From Promethearchaeota archaeon (GTDB lineage: Archaea > Asgardarchaeota > Odinarchaeia > Odinarchaeales > JBHLKK01), in assembly GCA_048939465.1 (NCBI GenBank), contig JBHLPL010000001.1, positions 1-32,000 on the forward strand: DNA of 32,000 bases, given 5' to 3'. Under the pieces are notes generated by a model. The model was not told where the DNA came from and did not search any database. It saw only the letters and a list, made by a program, of their open reading frames with translations. Both the position numbers and the translations under genes were made by a program. Shown one piece after another: positions 27,304-32,000 of the stretch. The stretch's first letter is position 1. Every line of letters begins with the position of its first letter.

Positions 27304-28569
27304 CTAGTAATTAGGCCTCGTTTCTTTTCTCAGATGTTTATTTGGTGGAACATCTTTCCAAACCGTCAGATTGGGGTCAATTGTGCTGCTAGGACCGATC
27401 TTCAAACCAGGCATAATCATAACCCCTATCCCAGTTTTTACATCATCCCCCATAATCGCCCCCAGTTTACGACGTCCACTATCAACACGAATTCCCTTTA
27501 GAGTAACTGGGATGCTCCTTTCATCTAGACGAAGATTCGCAGTAATTGTACCTGCTCCAAAATTGACGTTTTCTCCTATAATGCTATCTCCGGCATAAGA
27601 AAGATGTGCGATATGGCTCCCGTCCAGAATCACGCAATTCTTTATCTCACAGCCATTACCAATTCGACATTCTTTTCCAATGTAGGTGTTTGGACGAATA
27701 TAGCAATTAGGACCGATATCGGCCCCTTCATCTATTAGTGAAGGCCCTTCAATATAGGAGCCCGAACGGATAACAGCCCCTGTTTTCACCCCCACAGACC
27801 CAACTAGGACTGCTCCGGATTCAATCTTGCCTTCGACCTTCAATTCTTCTTTATTAAGAAGAATCTTGTTTGCCTCCAGTAGATCCCAAGGACGACCTAT
27901 ATCAATCCAAAAATCTGACAAAACGCAACCATAGACTGTTTTATTCTCCCTGATCATGATTTGAATGGAATCGGTTATTTCGTACTCATTCCTTCTTGAT
28001 CGAGGAGTTTTCTTAATAGCATCGAAAATGTCCGTAGATAAAACCATAATGCCAGAACTTGCCAAGTTACCTGTCATTTCATCTGGCTTTGGCTTTTCGG
28101 CAATATCAGTTATTCTCTGTTCAGTGCCAAGTTTAACTACGCCATACAGTGAGGGATCCGATACTTCTGCCAGTCCAATCGTGGCCTCGCATTCTTTCTT
28201 TTCGTGATGCTCAATAAGCCTCGGATAATTTCTTGAGTCAGTTAAAACATCACCGTTAGTAACAATAAAGCTCTCCTGACCAACAAACTCTTCGGCCAGA
28301 GCTATAGCGTTTGCAGTACCCAGCACATCTCGTTGAACAGCATATTCAAGCTCTAACCCGAGATCATCACCGTCTCCGAATAACTCGATAATCTTCTCCT
28401 TGAAGTGCCCAACAATAAGCAAGGCCTTTCTTATCCCGGCTTGCTTAAATCCATTCAAGATTATCTCCAAAAGCGGATGCCCCGCAACGGGAAGAATTTG
28501 CTTGGGACGTGTCAAAGTCAAAGGGTTAAGTCTTCTTCCTTCTCCAGCTGCGAGAACTACGCCTTTCAT
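27304..28569 (-). CDS. glmU: Bifunctional sugar-1-phosphate nucleotidylyltransferase / acetyltransferase (archaeal GlmU-like)
   Basis: VVLAAGEGRRLNPLTLTRPKQILP, SRRNEYEITD and WIDIGRPWDLL, then a left-handed beta-helix with HLSYAGDSIIG and NFGAGTITANLR. Confidence 0.93.
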   Translation of the reverse strand: MKGVVLAAGEGRRLNPLTLTRPKQILPVAGHPLLEIILNGFKQAGIRKALLIVGHFKEKIIELFGDGDDLGLELEYAVQRDVLGTANAIALAEEFVGQESFIVTNGDVLTDSRNYPRLIEHHEKKECEATIGLAEVSDPSLYGVVKLGTEQRITDIAEKPKPDEMTGNLASSGIMVLSTDIFDAIKKTPRSRRNEYEITDSIQIMIRENKTVYGCVLSDFWIDIGRPWDLLEANKILLNKEELKVEGKIESGAVLVGSVGVKTGAVIRSGSYIEGPSLIDEGADIGPNCYIRPNTYIGKECRIGNGCEIKNCVILDGSHIAHLSYAGDSIIGENVNFGAGTITANLRLDERSIPVTLKGIRVDSGRRKLGAIMGDDVKTGIGVMIMPGLKIGPSSTIDPNLTVWKDVPPNKHLRKETRPNY

Positions 28570-28650
28570 TTAATCACCAGATAAGAGGTAAGTCAATGAA
28601 TTTAAATAAACAACGGTAGTTCTGGAATTATCCAACAAAAACTCAGGACT

Positions 28651-29316
28651 CTACCAAATCTCTTCGTCTTCTTTCTTATCATCGTATGTTTTGAAGTGCC
28701 TATCTCTGTCTGTTGTATCGAAGCTGGAACGATCCGCTGCGGTGTAGCGCCTGACACCTTCGGTTCTACGTTCAAGTTTCACGGCCTTTTCTATTGAATT
28801 GTGAACCATTTTTGTTGTCAGTGCATCAAATGCTTCTTCTACATGTTCCCCCGTCTTGGCACTTGTTTCGATGTATTCACTTCCGATTTCGTTGGCAAAC
28901 CATTCTGCATCTTCTTGTCTGACCTCTCTCAGGTGAGGCAGGTCCACCTTATTGCCAATTAAGACAACTGGAGCGTTGGGAGCTCCGTACTTGTATAGTT
29001 CCTCCAACCAACCCACTAGGTTTCTGAAGGTTACAATCCTCGTTAAATCAAAAACCAGCAAAGCTCCAGCGGTTCCTCCGTAGAATGCACTTCTAACCGC
29101 CTTAAACCTCTCTTGACCTGCTAGGTCCCATACAGACAGCTTTACCGTTCCTTCATCTGAATTTACAGTCTTGGAGAATATGTCAACGCCTATGGTCATT
29201 TTGTAGTCTTTTTTGATAAATCCCTTGGTGAATTGAGAAATAAGGCTAGTCTTGCCGACAGCACCATCCCCCAGAAGCAATGTCTTGAATACGTAGATTG
29301 ACTCTTTTTGGTTCAT
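28651..29316 (-). CDS. Rab-like small GTPase with a ~45-aa charged C-terminal extension
   Basis: GDGAVGKT, YKMTIGVDI, WDLAGQERF, LVFDLT, NKVD, ETSAK. Confidence 0.95.
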   Translation of the reverse strand: MNQKESIYVFKTLLLGDGAVGKTSLISQFTKGFIKKDYKMTIGVDIFSKTVNSDEGTVKLSVWDLAGQERFKAVRSAFYGGTAGALLVFDLTRIVTFRNLVGWLEELYKYGAPNAPVVLIGNKVDLPHLREVRQEDAEWFANEIGSEYIETSAKTGEHVEEAFDALTTKMVHNSIEKAVKLERRTEGVRRYTAADRSSFDTTDRDRHFKTYDDKKEDEEIW

Positions 29317-29391
29317 GTATCTTCACTCTCATGCCTACGACTACCCGCTTGTAGAGACCCTAAAGATATCTTATCTTTCATGTAAATAAAC

Positions 29392-29910
29392 TTAAGTCTT
29401 TTTCCTATATTCGAGCATCCTCCTAGTTATCGCCTTAAATGCTCCATTAACGTTCTTCCCTGTCTTGGCACTAGTTTCCGTGTATCCGTTACCAGTTGTC
29501 TTTGCATTCTGCCTCGCTTTTCGCGTAGATACCTTTCTCCGGTTTGTAAGATCTGTCTTGTTTCCTATGGTAACCACTGGCACTTTTCCTGCATACTCCT
29601 GCATTTCCTGCATCCATTCAGAAAGCGTCTCAAAAGTCGTTGGCCGAGTTACATCATAGACAAGTAATGCTCCAGAGGCCCCCTCATAAAAGCCCTTTCT
29701 TATTATCTTAAAACGCTCTTGACCGGCAATGTCCCAGATTGTTAATTTGGTCTCGCAATCTCCTAGACGGATCTGTTTGGTGAAAAGATCCACACCTAGG
29801 GTCGGCTTATATTTGTGCCTAAAGCGATTTTCAACGTATTTCAGTGTCAACGTAGTTTTGCCAACAGAACCATCGCCGATTAGCAGCAGTTTTAAGTTGT
29901 ACTTCTCCAT
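29392..29910 (-). CDS. Rab-like small GTPase (basic, tail-less)
   Basis: GDGSVGKT, YKPTLGVDL, WDIAGQERF, LVYDVT, NKTD, ETSAK. Confidence 0.95.
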   Translation of the reverse strand: MEKYNLKLLLIGDGSVGKTTLTLKYVENRFRHKYKPTLGVDLFTKQIRLGDCETKLTIWDIAGQERFKIIRKGFYEGASGALLVYDVTRPTTFETLSEWMQEMQEYAGKVPVVTIGNKTDLTNRRKVSTRKARQNAKTTGNGYTETSAKTGKNVNGAFKAITRRMLEYRKKT

Positions 29911-30039
29911 TTTTGAGGACCTCTCAATTTTTCCCTTCTTAAGTAATTCTTGGAAGCAGATTACTTAAATATTTTGCAATTCTGACACTGATTATTTCCG
30001 ATATGCTCAGAACCATTCCTAATGGCTTTTGTTTCATAA

Positions 30040-30516
30040 TTAAAGACTTCTGAGCTTCCTTACAGCTTCTGTAACTGCTTTATCTGGCGTTGGGGCCCTC
30101 GAAGCATTATGTATCATTCTTTGATATGATTCAAACCGTTCTTCCGTAATACCGAATTTGCCGCAGATCTCGCTGACCAAGTCCCCTCGTTTTGTTGCTG
30201 AGCTTTTGTTTATAGCAAGCGTGATATCCAGAATTGTAGGAAGAAGCTTTGTTTCAGATTTGGGATCCCCAAAGCACGATTTCACGGCGTCATACAATTC
30301 TGGGCTGGTAACCGTTGCGGTGGTTAAAAAGGAGCTTCGCGTCTCTGTTAATGTCGGTATTACCGTCAAAACCAGAGATTTGGAGGAATTACTTATTCTA
30401 ATACCGCCACCTTCCTCCAATTTTCTAATAGTAATGTCGACTTTACTCTTAAGACAATCCAGGCTTTTTCTCACTACTTCATCCGAACTTATCTCATATT
30501 CCAGTCTTCTTTTCAT
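30040..30516 (-). CDS. Hypothetical protein (158 aa)
   Basis: ATG at 30516 is preceded by GGGGTGA. This start removes the implausible overlap of the 241-aa ORF-track call with the PLD gene. Confidence 0.7.
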   Translation of the reverse strand: MKRRLEYEISSDEVVRKSLDCLKSKVDITIRKLEEGGGIRISNSSKSLVLTVIPTLTETRSSFLTTATVTSPELYDAVKSCFGDPKSETKLLPTILDITLAINKSSATKRGDLVSEICGKFGITEERFESYQRMIHNASRAPTPDKAVTEAVRKLRSL

Positions 30517-30633
30517 TAGATTCACCCCAAGAGGCACTTTCGGCAACAGGTTCCTATTTGATAGATACCTATTTAAGAGAATTCTCTTAACATAGCTAAA
30601 AACATACGGTGATATTAATGAAAAGAAGATTGG
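30502..30633. repeat. 26-bp imperfect inverted repeat (22/26) flanking a divergent promoter region
   Basis: Minus-strand GGTGAATCTAATGAAAAGAAGACTGG (30502-30527) versus plus-strand GGTGATATTAATGAAAAGAAGATTGG (30608-30633). Confidence 0.7.
30573..30590. promoter_or_regulatory. Perfect 18-bp palindrome in a divergent promoter (candidate operator or bidirectional TATA)
   Basis: TTAAGAGAATTCTCTTAA is its own reverse complement. Confidence 0.5.
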
Positions 30634-31958
30634 TTGTATTAGCGTTGATTGCGGCGTTATGTCTTTCGATGTACACCTTTGCATTCTCACAAGAAGGTTA
30701 TGTAGATAATCAAAGACTCTTGGCGGCACCCGCGTTTGCACCAGAGATTTCAAGCTTTCCATCAACTAAATTCACTGGAACAATGAATGTTACAGCTTAC
30801 ACATCGCCCGATTCAAGTTATGATCTGACCCTAGAATACCTACGGAGTGCCGAATTCGAGATCGACATCGAGATTTATTCAATAAGTAACGGTTTCCTTG
30901 TAAAAGAACTAAATGATGCGCTGGCCAGAAACCATACTATGGAGATGAACGTCATAATCTCTGAGGGACACGCTTCGGGAGCCGAGACTCACTGGAGCCG
31001 AGCGACCATGTACAACCTGTCCCAAGCCAAAATAAGCATTCCAGCACCCAATCTCGATATTTTCGAATCAAATGGAACTGAATTCACCTTTACTCACGCC
31101 AAGTTCATAATCATAGATCGCGAAGTTGTTTTAGTTCAAAGCTGCAACTGGGCCAAGACCGGCGTTCCGCCTGATCCAAGCAGCGGCCATAGAGAATGGG
31201 GTGTTGCCATAAAGGACCAAGATGTAGTTGATTATTTCCTTGATGTGTTTACTAACGATATGCTCATCGCAACACCGTATACACCTAACATAGCTCATCA
31301 AGACAATTTCGGTTCTTCAATTGATACTGGCCCGTATCCCCACCCATTCTCCTCTCAAACATTCGTAGAATCCATGAGTATTCAGCCAGTTGTATCCCCT
31401 GATAATTCGAACGCCACTATCGGACAACTCCTAAGATCCGCTAATTCTACCCTGTACGTTCAACAAATGTATATCAAACGTTATTGGGACAGTGGAGATG
31501 ACTACTTCCTTGAGGAATTAATAGCCGCAGCGGGAAGAGATGTAACTGTCAAGGTAATCATAGATGGTGAAAGCAGTGGAATGACTGAAGTTGCCAACTA
31601 TCTGATTGATAATGGCGTTGCAGTAGCTTTCGATAATGATACCTATTTCGATGAGCCGCTATGGACCCACAATAAGGGCGTAATCGTGGATGGAAAAGTC
31701 GTTCTCGTCTCAAGTATCAATTGGTCCCATGAGTCAGTTAATGAAAACAGAGAGACTGGTGTATTAATATACAGTCAGAACATTGCTAGCTACTTCACTC
31801 AGGTCTTCCAATGGGACTGGGATGCTGCTGAATACCTCGGCGGTGGAAACGGCGGCGATGGTAACGGGTTGCAGATCCCAATTGAGTATTTGGCAATCGG
31901 TGGTGTAGTTGGAGTAATCATAATAGCAGTGCTGGCACTTCTTACCAAGAAGAAATGA
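30618..31958 (+). CDS. Secreted, membrane-anchored phospholipase D-superfamily protein
   Basis: Signal peptide, two HKD motifs (HAKFIIID and HNKGVIVD), a Gly-rich linker, a C-terminal TM helix and KKK. ATG at 30618 follows GGTGA. Confidence 0.92.
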   Translation: MKRRLVVLALIAALCLSMYTFAFSQEGYVDNQRLLAAPAFAPEISSFPSTKFTGTMNVTAYTSPDSSYDLTLEYLRSAEFEIDIEIYSISNGFLVKELNDALARNHTMEMNVIISEGHASGAETHWSRATMYNLSQAKISIPAPNLDIFESNGTEFTFTHAKFIIIDREVVLVQSCNWAKTGVPPDPSSGHREWGVAIKDQDVVDYFLDVFTNDMLIATPYTPNIAHQDNFGSSIDTGPYPHPFSSQTFVESMSIQPVVSPDNSNATIGQLLRSANSTLYVQQMYIKRYWDSGDDYFLEELIAAAGRDVTVKVIIDGESSGMTEVANYLIDNGVAVAFDNDTYFDEPLWTHNKGVIVDGKVVLVSSINWSHESVNENRETGVLIYSQNIASYFTQVFQWDWDAAEYLGGGNGGDGNGLQIPIEYLAIGGVVGVIIIAVLALLTKKK

Positions 31959-32000
31959 AGAACTCACTATAAGACCTTTCACCTTTTTCTATTCTCAACA

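Noticed and set aside
664-29659. Many 60-145 aa ORF-track entries antisense or out of frame within larger genes (e.g. 664-1026, 1967-2272, 8553-8945, 12637-12972, 24197-24532)
   Set aside because: They are shadows of well-supported genes and have no recognisable motifs.
28651-29910. Eukaryote-style CAAX/CC prenylation signals on the Rab-like GTPases (also 9143-9682)
   Set aside because: None of the three has a C-terminal cysteine.
30517-30765. 83-codon N-terminal extension of the 30040 ORF overlapping the PLD gene
   Set aside because: It would overlap a clear opposite-strand gene and its promoter. A strong GGGGTGA RBS supports ATG 30516.
1-32000. CRISPR array, tRNA, rRNA, or an autonomous transposase/integrase
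   Set aside because: I saw no regularly spaced direct repeats, cloverleaf or rRNA-like segments, or transposase/recombinase ORFs by eye. A tRNAscan/Infernal run would confirm.

Overview
Archaeal chromosomal window. Three Rab-like small GTPases and a roadblock/LC7 protein alongside TFB, Rpo12, SUI1 and GGGP synthase suggest an Asgard archaeon (inference). Most of the window is housekeeping or metabolic: tpiA (partial), a MoxR/DUF58/DUF4350/transglutaminase-like operon, trmB, rpoP, sui1, tfb, map, tmk, PAC2, padR-hsp20, GGGPS, thiW, two GNATs, a B12 radical SAM enzyme, sdaAB/sdaAA, an M3-like peptidase, a GlmU-like enzyme and a secreted PLD. Two real small genes were missed by the ORF track: rpoP and an 8-Cys microprotein. 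The most notable signal is non-coding. Four intergenic elements share an IS200/IS605-type right-end hairpin ending in TCAC, CCAC or TTAC. Two of them (15050-15396 and 22502-22852) are complete ~350-bp ORF-less units: a TTTAT target, a left-end hairpin, an internal TATA box and a ~265-nt RNA whose helices show compensatory base changes. They look like self-promoted omega-RNA-type guide cassettes, but no tnpA or tnpB lies in the window. Removing the 22.5-kb copy restores a TTTATAA TATA box for the radical SAM gene. Other leads are a PadR regulator ending in the same KIDVE (IXI/V) motif as the adjacent Hsp20, a transglutaminase-like domain with Ser in place of the catalytic Cys, and an inverted repeat spanning the starts of two divergent genes. 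No tRNA, rRNA or CRISPR array was seen.
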